In this document: piece by piece, positions 1 to 10,856 of the stretch
How the letters are laid out: each line of letters starts with the position of its first letter
Numbering within the stretch: the first letter of the stretch is position 1
NCBI GenBank assembly: GCA_045113495.1
Contig: JBGUIZ010000003.1
Span: 18,665-82,664, forward strand
Direction: 5' to 3'
DNA length: 64,000 bases
Origin: Bacteroidaceae bacterium
GTDB taxonomy: Bacteria; Bacteroidota; Bacteroidia; Bacteroidales; Bacteroidaceae
Position numbers and translations under genes: made by a program
Notes under the pieces: model-generated
Database searches by the model: none
What the model saw: the letters and a program-made list of their open reading frames with translations, nothing else
What the model was told of the DNA's origin: nothing

Positions 1-512
1 CCGTCCTTGTTGTATGAACCGGTTGCTACCAGAACCTTGACCGACGGAGCATCCTTGAGGCAGTCATTGACATGCTGTATCATGATGGGCTCATCGGCAC
101 TTACAATCATCTTGATCTGTGCTGAGTTGGCGCGGTAGATAAGGTCCTTGGGGGTGAGCAGGTGGGTTGCGGGGATTGCCACGGCACCCAGCTTGTGCAG
201 AGCTACGATAGAGAACCAGAACTCGGCACGGCGCTTGAGCATCATCATGACGCAGTCACCGCGGCCTATGCCCAGAGACTGGTAGAATGATGCAACCTGG
301 TCTGATTTACGCTTTATGTCGGCAAATGTGTACCTAACCTCTACGCCCTCATCGTTGGTCCAGAGTAGCGCAAGCTTGTCAGGGTTTGTACGTGCCCACT
401 CATCAACCACGTCATAACCGAAGTTGAAGTTATCGGGTACAATTATTTCAAAATTCTTCTGGAAATCCTCCAGTGAATCAAATTCTACTTTCTTAAGGTA
501 TTTCTCTAACAT
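1..512 (-). CDS. AMP-dependent synthetase/ligase (acyl-CoA synthetase family), N-terminal part; 3' end outside window
   Basis: Own translation of the minus strand from ATG at 512: MLEKYLKKVEFDSLEDFQKNFEIIVPDNFNFGYDVVDEWARTNPDKLALLWTNDEG... It stays open to the window edge. This N-terminal layout is typical of medium-chain acyl-CoA ligases. It is absent from the ORF track because it is truncated. Confidence 0.7.
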   Translation of the reverse strand, partial: MLEKYLKKVEFDSLEDFQKNFEIIVPDNFNFGYDVVDEWARTNPDKLALLWTNDEGVEVRYTFADIKRKSDQVASFYQSLGIGRGDCVMMMLKRRAEFWFSIVALHKLGAVAIPATHLLTPKDLIYRANSAQIKMIVSADEPIMIQHVNDCLKDAPSVKVLVATGSYNKD

Positions 513-517
513 GTTTC

Positions 518-1075
518 TCAGAATATGATGGCAAGGAACCTTGCGGGCTCACCGTTAAGAGCCCTCATGCCGTGGGGCTGTGTTGAATCAAAGTATATGC
601 TGTCGCCGGGGTTGAGTGTGAGTTCCTTACCGCCGATGCTCAGGAGCAGTGTGCCTTTGAGTACCAGGTTGAACTCCTGGCCCTCATGTGAGTTCAGGTG
701 CATCTCATTCTCCATCTTGGGATCAACGGTAACAATGAAAGGTGATGCCTTGGCGTGCTTGAATCCCATGGCCAGTGCCTGGTATTTGTAGGCCTTCTGA
801 CGCTCAATGACCGGACCCTTGCCCTTGCGTACCAGCCAGTAGCTGCTCATGTTGGGGGCGTCGCCTGAGAAGAGTTCAAGAGGCTCCACACCGAACACAT
901 TAGCTGCGTTGCAGAGGAAGTTCATCGGAATATCCGATTCACCCGACTCATATTGTTTCAACTCATCGGGGGTGATGCCGCACTTGGAGGCCACCTCCTC
1001 AACGGTCATTTCCAGATCCTCGCGCAGTCCGCGAAGACGCATGGCCATCTGTTTGATCTGTTCGTTTATCTCCAT
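518..1075 (-). CDS. XRE-family HTH + cupin domain transcriptional regulator
   Basis: 185 aa. N-terminal HTH-like segment (LRGLREDLEMTVEEVASKCGITPDELKQYESG) and C-terminal cupin barrel (HEGQEFNLVLKG...GDSIYFDSTQPHG). Confidence 0.8.
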   Translation of the reverse strand: MEINEQIKQMAMRLRGLREDLEMTVEEVASKCGITPDELKQYESGESDIPMNFLCNAANVFGVEPLELFSGDAPNMSSYWLVRKGKGPVIERQKAYKYQALAMGFKHAKASPFIVTVDPKMENEMHLNSHEGQEFNLVLKGTLLLSIGGKELTLNPGDSIYFDSTQPHGMRALNGEPARFLAIIF

Positions 1076-1076
1076 A

Positions 1077-2729
1077 TCAAATAACCTCTATTCCTTTCTC
1101 CTCGCAAAGCTTAAGACTGAGCTCACGAAGTTTGAATTTCTGAATCTTTCCGCTACCTGTCAGCGGGTATTCCTTTACAAAGAATACGTATTTAGGTATC
1201 TTGTATCGGGCTATCTTGCCGCGGCACCAGTCACGTACCTCCTCCTCGGTCAGTTTTGCGCCCTCATCCAGGATGATGAATGCACCAACCTCCTCGCCGT
1301 ATTTCTTGGAGGGTACGCCTGCCACCTGTACGTCACGTACGCCGGGCAGATGATAGAGGAACTCCTCAATCTCACGCGGGTAGATGTTCTCACCGCCGCG
1401 GATAATCATATCCTTGATACGTCCGGTGATGCGGTAGTTGCCGTTCTCATCCATGATACCAAGGTCTCCTGAGTGCAGGTATCCGTTCTCATCAATGACC
1501 TCGGCTGTAGCCTCGGGGTTCTTGTAGTAACCCTTCATTACGTTGAATCCCTTGCAGCACATCTCACCCTGGGTGCCAACGGGAACCTCCTTGTTGGTCT
1601 CAGGATCCAGCACCTTGACGTCTACGAACTCATAGTCACGTCCTACGGTGGTATAACGTACCTCATCGGGATCGTCTATGCGTGTCTGGCTCATACCGGG
1701 TGATGACTCTGTAAGACCGTATACGCTGGTTACATGCAGGAACATCTTCTCCTCAACCTTACGCATCAGTTCAATGGGGCAGAGTGAACCGGCCATGATA
1801 CCTGTGCGCAGGCATGAGAGGTCAAACATGTTGAACATGGGGTGGTTAAGCTCGGCAATGAACATGGTGGGCACACCGTAAACCGCGGTGCAGCGCTCCT
1901 TATGTATTGATGCCAGGGTAACCAGCGGGTCAAAACGTTCTACAAGTACCTCGGTGCAACCGTGTGTAAGGCAGTTCATTGTAGCAAGTACCACGCCGAA
2001 GCAGTGGAACAGGGGTACGCATACGCAGAGCTTGTCATCCTGGGTGAATTTCATATGCTCACCGGTCAGGAATCCGTCGTTCGCTATGTTGTAGTGGGTA
2101 AGCATGACTCCCTTGGGGAATCCTGTTGTACCCGATGTATACTGCATGTTCACAACATCATGGCAGGTAACAGCCTTGCGCAGACGCTGAAACTCGTCAT
2201 CTTCAGTATTCTCGCCGAGCAAAAGAATCTCGGCAGTATTGTACATTCCGCGGTATTTCTCCTGACCTATGTAAACTACGTTCTTAAGGTTGGGGAAACG
2301 CTTGCTCTCCAGGTGGCCGCGCTCGCACTGACGCAACTCGGGAAGCATGGTGTAAGCCATATCCACATAGTTGCTCTCCCAAGTACCGTCAGTAAGGCAG
2401 AGGGTGTGCATATCGGAGTTCTCAACCAGATACTCCAGCTCATTCTGCTTGTAGTTGGTGTTCACGGTGATGCATACGGCACCTATCTTGGCGCATGCAT
2501 AGAGGAACGTAAGCCAGTCAGGCACGTTCTGAGCCCAAAGGCCCACGTGGCTGCCACGTGTAACACCTATTGCTATCAGGCCGCGTGCCATGTCATCGAC
2601 CCTCTCGTTGAACTGTTTCCAGGTAAAACGGAGGTCGCGGTCTGAATAGACTATATACTCCTTGTCTGGAGTCTCCTGGACCCAATGCTCAAGCCAGTCG
2701 CCCAGTGTTCTTTCAGATAACTGATACAT
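1077..2729 (-). CDS. AMP-binding acyl-CoA synthetase / fatty-acid--CoA ligase family protein
   Basis: 550 aa. AMP-binding signature [12 protein letters not shown], plus [34 protein letters not shown] and C-terminal GSGKIQK. Confidence 0.9.
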   Translation of the reverse strand: MYQLSERTLGDWLEHWVQETPDKEYIVYSDRDLRFTWKQFNERVDDMARGLIAIGVTRGSHVGLWAQNVPDWLTFLYACAKIGAVCITVNTNYKQNELEYLVENSDMHTLCLTDGTWESNYVDMAYTMLPELRQCERGHLESKRFPNLKNVVYIGQEKYRGMYNTAEILLLGENTEDDEFQRLRKAVTCHDVVNMQYTSGTTGFPKGVMLTHYNIANDGFLTGEHMKFTQDDKLCVCVPLFHCFGVVLATMNCLTHGCTEVLVERFDPLVTLASIHKERCTAVYGVPTMFIAELNHPMFNMFDLSCLRTGIMAGSLCPIELMRKVEEKMFLHVTSVYGLTESSPGMSQTRIDDPDEVRYTTVGRDYEFVDVKVLDPETNKEVPVGTQGEMCCKGFNVMKGYYKNPEATAEVIDENGYLHSGDLGIMDENGNYRITGRIKDMIIRGGENIYPREIEEFLYHLPGVRDVQVAGVPSKKYGEEVGAFIILDEGAKLTEEEVRDWCRGKIARYKIPKYVFFVKEYPLTGSGKIQKFKLRELSLKLCEEKGIEVI

Positions 2730-2737
2730 GGGCTAAA

Positions 2738-3313
2738 TCAAATGGGAGTATATACAACGGCAAGGATGCGGGCTTTCTGTCCGTTATATCCGTGCACGTG
2801 GTGTTTTACAATTGAATCGTAGTAGATGCTGTCACCCTTGTCCAGGACGTAGGTGGTCTTGCCATAGTTGATCTCTACCTGACCCTCAAGAACGTAGATG
2901 AACTCCTCACCCTCATGGGTTGAGAGGTCAAAGTTGGGAGCCTCATTGGGCAGGATGTCAATTACGAACGGCTCCAGATGGCGGTTGTCCTTGCCGTCTG
3001 AGAGTGAGTGGTAGATCATGTTCTCATGACCGCTTGATGCATGGTTTGAGAACCTTACGCTCTCATGCTCATCCTCGGCACGGCTTACAACAGCGCCTAT
3101 GCTCTGCTGGTCATCAAGGAAAGTACCTAGACGGACACCCAGTACGCGGGCAATCTTGATTAGGGGAGCCAGACCCGGCAGCGGGCCATCCTCCTCAATT
3201 GCCTTGACCTGTTCAACGGTTAGCTGTGCGCGCTCGGCCAGCACCTCAATCTCCATCTGTTTTGACTCCCTCAGGGAGCGGATTTTCTTACCTACTGGTA
3301 CTTTCGAATTCAT
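2738..3313 (-). CDS. XRE-family HTH + cupin domain transcriptional regulator (paralog of 518..1075)
   Basis: 191 aa. HTH segment (IRSLRESKQMEIEVLAERAQLTVEQVKAIEED) and cupin (HEGEEFIYVLEG...GDSIYYDSIVKHH). Confidence 0.8.
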   Translation of the reverse strand: MNSKVPVGKKIRSLRESKQMEIEVLAERAQLTVEQVKAIEEDGPLPGLAPLIKIARVLGVRLGTFLDDQQSIGAVVSRAEDEHESVRFSNHASSGHENMIYHSLSDGKDNRHLEPFVIDILPNEAPNFDLSTHEGEEFIYVLEGQVEINYGKTTYVLDKGDSIYYDSIVKHHVHGYNGQKARILAVVYTPI

Positions 3314-3389
3314 GACTTTTGTATTTTTATGCGGAATGTTCCTATTTTACGCGGCAAAAATACAAAAAGCATCCGATATGGAGGCTTAA

Positions 3390-5447
<2,058 letters not shown>

Positions 5448-5471
5448 GTAGTTCCATCCGGCGGGTTTCTC

Positions 5472-5496
5472 GCCGCTTTGCGGCTCGGTGTTTTTT
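5472..5496 (+). terminator. Candidate intrinsic terminator after gyrB
   Basis: GCCGC-TTT-GCGGC hairpin followed a few nt later by a T6 run. Confidence 0.35.
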
Positions 5497-5560
5497 GACT
5501 TTTATGGCCCGGAGGGCCTAAAAAGTCGCTAGCTGGAAACGTATTTATATTTGGAAAGAT

Positions 5561-5702
5561 CCAGCCAATGAATTGGCTGGCTACCCCTATTATGTGCCTA
5601 GCGGCACAGGGTAATGCCGTAGGCATTGGATAATGGTAGCCAGCCATTTTAATGGCTGGGTTATGGGAGTACATACCTATTTTTTCCATGCCGTAGGTAT
5701 GG
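5561..5702. repeat. Degenerate tandem duplication (~75-79 bp unit) of a two-hairpin module
   Basis: Unit A has CCAGCCAATgaATTGGCTGG (5561-5580) and AATGCC-GTA-GGCATT (5613-5627). Unit B has CCAGCCATTttAATGGCTGG (5640-5659) and CCATGCC-GTA-GGTATGG (5686-5702). Confidence 0.6.
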
Positions 5703-5705
5703 GAT

Positions 5706-5738
5706 AAAAAAAAGGTTGGACGTTGGTCCAACCTTTTT
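5706..5738. terminator. Bidirectional intrinsic terminator between convergent gyrB and the oxidoreductase operon
   Basis: A8 run, 8-bp stem GGTTGGAC/GTCCAACC with GTTG loop, then a T5 run. Confidence 0.7.
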
Positions 5739-5757
5739 ATAAAGAATTATTTCCGTA

Positions 5758-6297
5758 TTATTCCTTAACCAGTTCCATTCCGGCCTTGATGGCTTTCTCG
5801 TTGAGCGGGAGGTATTTCCAGTTACGCTCTGATACGGAGTGCTTGATGCCTTCCATTACGTAGTCTACCTGGAGGATGGGGCGTATCTTCATGAACGCTC
5901 CAAGCAGGAACATGTTGGCAACCTTTGAGGCGTTTATCTTGGCAGCCTCCTCGATGGCCTTGATGGGGTAGATTGTGATATCAGTACGTGTGGGCTTGCG
6001 GGTGATGGTGCTGGGGGTGTATATGAGTACGCCACCGGGCTTTACCATCGGCTCAAACTTGTCCATTGACTGCTGGTTCAGGATGATAGCGGTGCTGAAC
6101 TTCTGCAGGATAGGTGAGCTGATACGGCTGTCGCTAAGGATAACCGTAACGTTTGCTGTACCTCCACGGATCTCAGGACCGTATGACGGCATCCACGATA
6201 CCTCCAGACCCTGCATGAGGCCTGAATAAGCTATTATCTTACCCATTGAGAGGACACCTTGTCCTCCGAATCCGGCTATGATTATCTCTTCTGTCAT
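5758..6297 (-). CDS. 2-oxoacid:ferredoxin oxidoreductase, gamma subunit
   Basis: 179 aa. N-terminus IIAGFGGQGVLSMGKI is typical of the gamma subunit family. Last gene of a four-gene operon. Confidence 0.85.
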   Translation of the reverse strand: MTEEIIIAGFGGQGVLSMGKIIAYSGLMQGLEVSWMPSYGPEIRGGTANVTVILSDSRISSPILQKFSTAIILNQQSMDKFEPMVKPGGVLIYTPSTITRKPTRTDITIYPIKAIEEAAKINASKVANMFLLGAFMKIRPILQVDYVMEGIKHSVSERNWKYLPLNEKAIKAGMELVKE

Positions 6298-6313
6298 GAT
6301 TCCTACTCCTTTA

Positions 6314-7120
6314 TTATCTGGGTGCGTTCATATCCATGACAAGCTTGCCATCGACCTTAATGTCTCCCAGAGGATATTTCTTGAACATGTTCTCTACCAT
6401 CCAGTCGTTGGCGGCCTTAGGAGTGAGACCCCAGCCTGAGTTGCAGTTTGATACAACCTCAACGATTGATGTTCCCTTCTTGTCACGCTGGTTCTCAAAT
6501 GCCTGACGCAGAGCCTTCTTGAGCTTACGAACATTGGCGGGGGTGTGTACTGAGTGACGTGTCACGTAGCATACACCGTCCAGCTGAGCCAGCAGCGGGG
6601 TGATATTGAGGGGGTAACCCATGGTCTTGACGTCACGTCCGCGGGGGCAGGTGGTGGTCTTCATGCCCTCCAGTGTGGTAGGAGCCATCTGACCGCCGGT
6701 CATACCGTAGATACCGTTGTTGATGAACACGATTACGATGTTCTCACCACGGTTGCAGGCGTGCATTGTCTCACCTGTACCGATGGCGGCCAGGTCTCCG
6801 TCACCCTGATAGGTGAATACGAACTTATCGGGCTGAACACGCTTGATACCGGTTGCAACGGCGCATGCACGTCCGTGAGCTGCCTCAACTACATCGAACT
6901 TATAGAAATCATAGAGGAACACGGAGCAACCTACAGGTGAGATACCTATTACGTCATGCTCTATGCCCATCTCCTCAATTACCTCGGCAATGGTGCGTAC
7001 AACAACACCGTGGCCGCAGCCGGGGCAGAAGTTGAACTGCTTCTCGGCCATCAGACGGCTTTTCTGATAGACCAGATTTTCAGGTTTGATTATATCGTTT
7101 ACTTCCATTGCTGTGCTCAT
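6314..7120 (-). CDS. 2-oxoacid:ferredoxin oxidoreductase, beta (TPP-binding) subunit
   Basis: 268 aa with CPGCGHG and a GDGDLAAIG thiamine-PP motif. Overlaps the alpha subunit gene by 4 nt. Confidence 0.88.
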   Translation of the reverse strand: MSTAMEVNDIIKPENLVYQKSRLMAEKQFNFCPGCGHGVVVRTIAEVIEEMGIEHDVIGISPVGCSVFLYDFYKFDVVEAAHGRACAVATGIKRVQPDKFVFTYQGDGDLAAIGTGETMHACNRGENIVIVFINNGIYGMTGGQMAPTTLEGMKTTTCPRGRDVKTMGYPLNITPLLAQLDGVCYVTRHSVHTPANVRKLKKALRQAFENQRDKKGTSIVEVVSNCNSGWGLTPKAANDWMVENMFKKYPLGDIKVDGKLVMDMNAPR

Positions 7121-8196
7121 TTGATATTAAAGTAATTGTAAAGAGCTGTCTCAATCTCCTCAGGTGTGGGAACCATACCGCCCAGACGGCCAAAGAAGCC
7201 AACGGGCTTGCGGCCCTCTACAGCCAGACGGATATCCTCAATCATCTGACCGGCGCTGAGCTCTACAGACATGAGGCCCTTGATGCGGGGATTGTCAGCC
7301 AGCTCGCGGATCTGGTCATAGGGGAAAGGATAGAGTGAGATGGGGCGGAACAGGCCGATCTTGTGGCCTTTGGCGCGTGCCAGCTCAATGCTCTTCTGTG
7401 CTATACGGGCGATGATACCGAATGCAACGATTACGTAATCGGCGTCATCACACTGTATCATCTCATAACGTACCTCGTTCTGCTCCATCTCGCGGTACTT
7501 CTTCTGCAGACGGATGTTAACCAGCTCGTGCTCCTGCGGCAGCAGGTTCAGAGAGGTAACGAAACGGCGCTCCTTGCCTACGGGGGTACCGTTGGTAGCC
7601 CAATCGGGATACTCGGTCATGCGAGGACGCTGTGCGGGCAGGTAGATCTTCTCCATCATCTGACCCAGTGCACCGTCGGCCAGGATCATTGTGGGGTTGC
7701 GGTATTTGAATGCGAGGTCAAAACCAAGTGCGATGAAGTCTGCCAGCTCCTGGACCGATGAGGGTGCCAGTGTGAGCAGCTTGTAGTCACCGTGGCCACC
7801 GCCCTTTACAGTCTGGAAATAGTCAGCCTGGCTGGGCTGGATGGTGCCCAGTCCGGGACCTCCACGTGATACGTTGATAAGCAGACAGGGCAGCTCGGCA
7901 CCTGCCAGATATGATATACCTTCTGCCATCAGGCTGATACCGGGGCTTGAAGATGAAGTCATAACCCTGTGACCAGTCGATGCGCCGCCATAGACCATGT
8001 TGATGGCGGAAACTTCACTCTCTGCCTGGAGTACTGCCATGCCTGTACGGGCGGTGGCATCGGTCTCCATCAGATATTCCATTACCTCCGTCTGCGGAGT
8101 GATGGGGTAACCGTAAAAGGCATCGGCGCCGGCGCGGATAGCGGCCTCGGCAATTGCCTCATTGCCTTTCATAAGTCTCATTTCTCTTTCTTCCAT
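7117..8196 (-). CDS. 2-oxoacid:ferredoxin oxidoreductase, alpha subunit (Kor/Vor type; substrate not determinable)
   Basis: 359 aa with MKGNEAIAEAAIRAGADAFYGYPITPQTE. Confidence 0.88.
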   Translation of the reverse strand: MEEREMRLMKGNEAIAEAAIRAGADAFYGYPITPQTEVMEYLMETDATARTGMAVLQAESEVSAINMVYGGASTGHRVMTSSSSPGISLMAEGISYLAGAELPCLLINVSRGGPGLGTIQPSQADYFQTVKGGGHGDYKLLTLAPSSVQELADFIALGFDLAFKYRNPTMILADGALGQMMEKIYLPAQRPRMTEYPDWATNGTPVGKERRFVTSLNLLPQEHELVNIRLQKKYREMEQNEVRYEMIQCDDADYVIVAFGIIARIAQKSIELARAKGHKIGLFRPISLYPFPYDQIRELADNPRIKGLMSVELSAGQMIEDIRLAVEGRKPVGFFGRLGGMVPTPEEIETALYNYFNIK

Positions 8197-8198
8197 AA

Positions 8199-8429
8199 TT
8201 ACTCCTCTACTTTTACCCTATAGACTGATATTACTCCGTCAGGGCAGATAATGCCGCAGTTAGTGCAACCTATGCATGCCTCAGGATTTGCCATGTAGGC
8301 ATAATGGTAACCCTTGCTGTTGACGGCTTCTGACATGCCCAGCACCTGCTTGTCGCAAGTGTGTACGCACAGCTCGCAGCCTTTGCAACGCTCGGCGTCA
8401 ACTGTTACAGCACCTCTAATTTTTGCCAT
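8199..8429 (-). CDS. 4Fe-4S dicluster ferredoxin-like delta subunit of the oxidoreductase
   Basis: 76 aa with two Cys clusters ([11 protein letters not shown] and [12 protein letters not shown]). Confidence 0.85.
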   Translation of the reverse strand: MAKIRGAVTVDAERCKGCELCVHTCDKQVLGMSEAVNSKGYHYAYMANPEACIGCTNCGIICPDGVISVYRVKVEE

Positions 8430-8469
8430 GATAAATTAATGTTAGTGGTATGGTTATTGGTATGTATTG

Positions 8470-9099
8470 TTATCTGGGTGAAAGGCTCTGTCCCGTTCTG
8501 GCCATCTCTGTCAGGTTGACATCAAAAATGATGGTCGAGTAGGCGGGTATAGAGCTTTTATCCTGGTCTCCGTAAGCAAGCTCCTGCGGAATGTATAGTC
8601 TCCAGAAATCTCCTCGGTGCATATACATGAGTGCGGTGGATACTCCGTCAACCAATCCGGATACACAGAATGATGAAGGGATGTTTACCGACGGATCAAG
8701 AGTGGCGGTCTTGAAAGACTGGTCCACAACCTGGCCATCCGGGTAGTTGTCTGTGGGTATGAGACGGACACGGTAATTGATGCGCACACTGTCGGTAGAA
8801 CGGGGCGAAAGGGTATCGGCGCTCTTGGTAATTACACGGCAATATACGTATGACTGGTTGTCCCACTCCTTTTCCGGATCGAGTTTGTAAGACAGGATGC
8901 GGAACAGTTGTCCTTCGGCTGCCTCCTCAGGGGTTACAGAGCCTGAGCCTCCGCCACATTGGGAGGCTATGTTGTCTATGTACTCCCTGTTTCTTGCATT
9001 CCAGTTGGCGTGGTCATCGGCCTCCTTGGTCTCACTGCAGGAGACTGTGAGGATGACAACCGTCAAAAGGGTGAAGAATATGGCCGATAAACGCTTCAT
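8470..9099 (-). CDS. FKBP-type peptidyl-prolyl cis-trans isomerase lipoprotein
   Basis: 209 aa. Lipobox LTVSCSE and C-terminal FKBP core (GDFWRLYIPQELAYGDQ...STIIFDVNL). Confidence 0.8.
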   Translation of the reverse strand: MKRLSAIFFTLLTVVILTVSCSETKEADDHANWNARNREYIDNIASQCGGGSGSVTPEEAAEGQLFRILSYKLDPEKEWDNQSYVYCRVITKSADTLSPRSTDSVRINYRVRLIPTDNYPDGQVVDQSFKTATLDPSVNIPSSFCVSGLVDGVSTALMYMHRGDFWRLYIPQELAYGDQDKSSIPAYSTIIFDVNLTEMARTGQSLSPR

Positions 9100-9101
9100 A
9101 C

Positions 9102-10640
9102 TTAGAGTGTCTTGAGGACGCTTGTGATTGAAACTGTATCTGAAAGGATTCCGCAGAGGTCTGCAATCTTGACGCGCTGCTGCTCCATGGTGTCACGGTT
9201 ACGCAGGGTAACGGTCTGATCCTCAAGTGACTGATGGTCAACGGTTACGCAGAACGGGGTGCCGATGGCATCCTGACGGCGGTAACGCTTACCTATTGAA
9301 TCCTTCTCGTCATACTGGCAGTTGAAGTGGAACTTGAGGTCATTCTGGATGGAACGTGCCAGCTCAGGCAGTCCGTCTTTCTTTACAAGCGGCAGGATAG
9401 CCAGCTTGATAGGTGCCAGAGGTGCGGGCAGATGAAGAACCGTGCGGGTCTCGCCGTTCTCAAGGGCCTGCTCCTCATATGATGCGCACATGACGCTCAG
9501 GAACATACGGTCAACGCCTATTGATGTCTCGATTACGAACGGAGTGTAGCTCTCGTTTGTCTCGGGATCGAAGTACTTGATGCTCTTGCCGCTGAACTTC
9601 TCATGCTGTGAGAGGTCAAAGTTGGTGCGGCTGTGGATTCCCTCAACCTCCTTGAATCCGAATGGCATAAGGAACTCGATGTCGGTAGCTGCGTTCGCAT
9701 AGTGGGCCAGTTTGTCATGATCGTGGAAACGGTAGTGGTCTGCACCGAATCCGAGGGCCTGATGCCATTTCATGCGGGTCTCCTTCCACTTGGCGAACCA
9801 GTCAAGCTCAGTGCCGGGCTTGATGAAGAACTGCATCTCCATCTGCTCGAACTCACGCATACGGAATATGAACTGACGGGCTACGATCTCATTACGGAAA
9901 GCCTTACCTATCTGGGCAATTCCGAAAGGAATCTTCATGCGGCCTGTCTTCTGTACGTTCAGGTAGTTTACGAATATACCCTGTGCGGTCTCAGGGCGCA
10001 GGTATATCTTCATTGCGCCGTCAGCGGTAGAACCCATCTCTGTCTGGAACATCAGGTTGAACTGACGTACATCGGTCCAGTTGCGTGTGCCGCTGATGGG
10101 GCAAACGATACCCTCATCCAGGATGATCTGCTTGAGCTCGTCAAGGTTGCCGTCATTCATGGCCTTCTTGTAACGGTCATGCAGGGCGTCGCGCTTGGCT
10201 ACGTGCTCCAGTACGTTGTTGCTGGTGGCGCGGTACTTGGCCTCATCGAAAGAGTCACCGAAACGCTTGCGCGCCTTGGCAACCTCCTTCTCTATCTTCT
10301 CGTCATATTTGGCTATCTGATCCTCAATCAGGACGTCTGCACGGTAGCGCTTCTTTGAGTCGCGGTTGTCTATGAGGGGGTCATTGAATGCATCTACGTG
10401 GCCTGAAGCCTTCCAGATGGTGGGGTGCATGAAAATTGCGGAGTCAATACCCACAATGTTGTCATGCAGCAGAACCATGCTCTGCCACCAATAGGTCTTG
10501 ATGTTATTCTTCATCTCAACTCCCAGCTGTCCGTAATCGTAAACAGCGCCGAGTCCATCATAAATCTCGCTTGAAGGGAATACGAAACCGTACTCTTTAC
10601 AGTGTGCTACAATCTTTTTGAAAACGTCTTCTTGAGCCAT
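9102..10640 (-). CDS. glyQS: Glycine--tRNA ligase (homodimeric class II type)
   Basis: The ORF track starts at TTG 10670, but that TTG lies inside the TAccTTTG -7 box. ATG 10640 gives MAQEDVFKKIVAHCKEYGFVFPSSEIYDGLGAVYDYG, a typical GlyRS N-terminus. Confidence 0.93.
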   Translation of the reverse strand: MAQEDVFKKIVAHCKEYGFVFPSSEIYDGLGAVYDYGQLGVEMKNNIKTYWWQSMVLLHDNIVGIDSAIFMHPTIWKASGHVDAFNDPLIDNRDSKKRYRADVLIEDQIAKYDEKIEKEVAKARKRFGDSFDEAKYRATSNNVLEHVAKRDALHDRYKKAMNDGNLDELKQIILDEGIVCPISGTRNWTDVRQFNLMFQTEMGSTADGAMKIYLRPETAQGIFVNYLNVQKTGRMKIPFGIAQIGKAFRNEIVARQFIFRMREFEQMEMQFFIKPGTELDWFAKWKETRMKWHQALGFGADHYRFHDHDKLAHYANAATDIEFLMPFGFKEVEGIHSRTNFDLSQHEKFSGKSIKYFDPETNESYTPFVIETSIGVDRMFLSVMCASYEEQALENGETRTVLHLPAPLAPIKLAILPLVKKDGLPELARSIQNDLKFHFNCQYDEKDSIGKRYRRQDAIGTPFCVTVDHQSLEDQTVTLRNRDTMEQQRVKIADLCGILSDTVSITSVLKTL

Positions 10641-10667
10641 AATCAGCAATTTTTCAGAAAATTTCCG

Positions 10668-10675
10668 CAAAGGTA
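10668..10675 (-). promoter_or_regulatory. -7 box TAccTTTG upstream of glyQS
   Basis: The reverse complement of caaaggta matches TAnnTTTG, about 28 nt upstream of ATG 10640. Confidence 0.45.
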
Positions 10676-10856
10676 CTCCTTTTATTTAATAAATAGAGGT
10701 ATGCCTAATTAAAATAACCTAATTGACTGCACAATATGCCGCCAATGTGCGGTTGTTGAAAAGTATGATGAAAAATTGGGACAAGTTAGCACTGTGGATT
10801 GGGATTTGTCGCTGAAAAGCAGTAAATTCGCATCCAATCATATTGCTAAAGGGATA

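Noticed and set aside
849-2645. Long plus-strand ORFs (849..1472, 207 aa; 1962..2645, 227 aa) opposite the acyl-CoA ligase gene.
   Set aside because: They lie antisense within a gene that has unambiguous AMP-binding motifs. Their translations are low-complexity with no recognisable domains, which is typical of shadow ORFs.
5561-5702. Possibility that the repeated hairpins form a small CRISPR array.
   Set aside because: There are only two degenerate units, the repeats are not identical, there is no regular repeat-spacer periodicity, and no cas genes lie nearby.
9633-10358. 241-aa plus-strand ORF inside glyQS.
   Set aside because: It is codon-aligned antisense to the GlyRS gene and is a shadow ORF.
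10641-10670. N-terminal extensions from TTG starts in the ORF track (glyQS 10670, parC 10776, MATE 35832, murF-alr 45331, esterase 22163, S41 peptidase 14352).
   Set aside because: Several of these TTGs are the TTG of a TAnnTTTG promoter box, and the extensions do not resemble ortholog N-termini. Downstream ATG or GTG starts give canonical N-termini or signal peptides.
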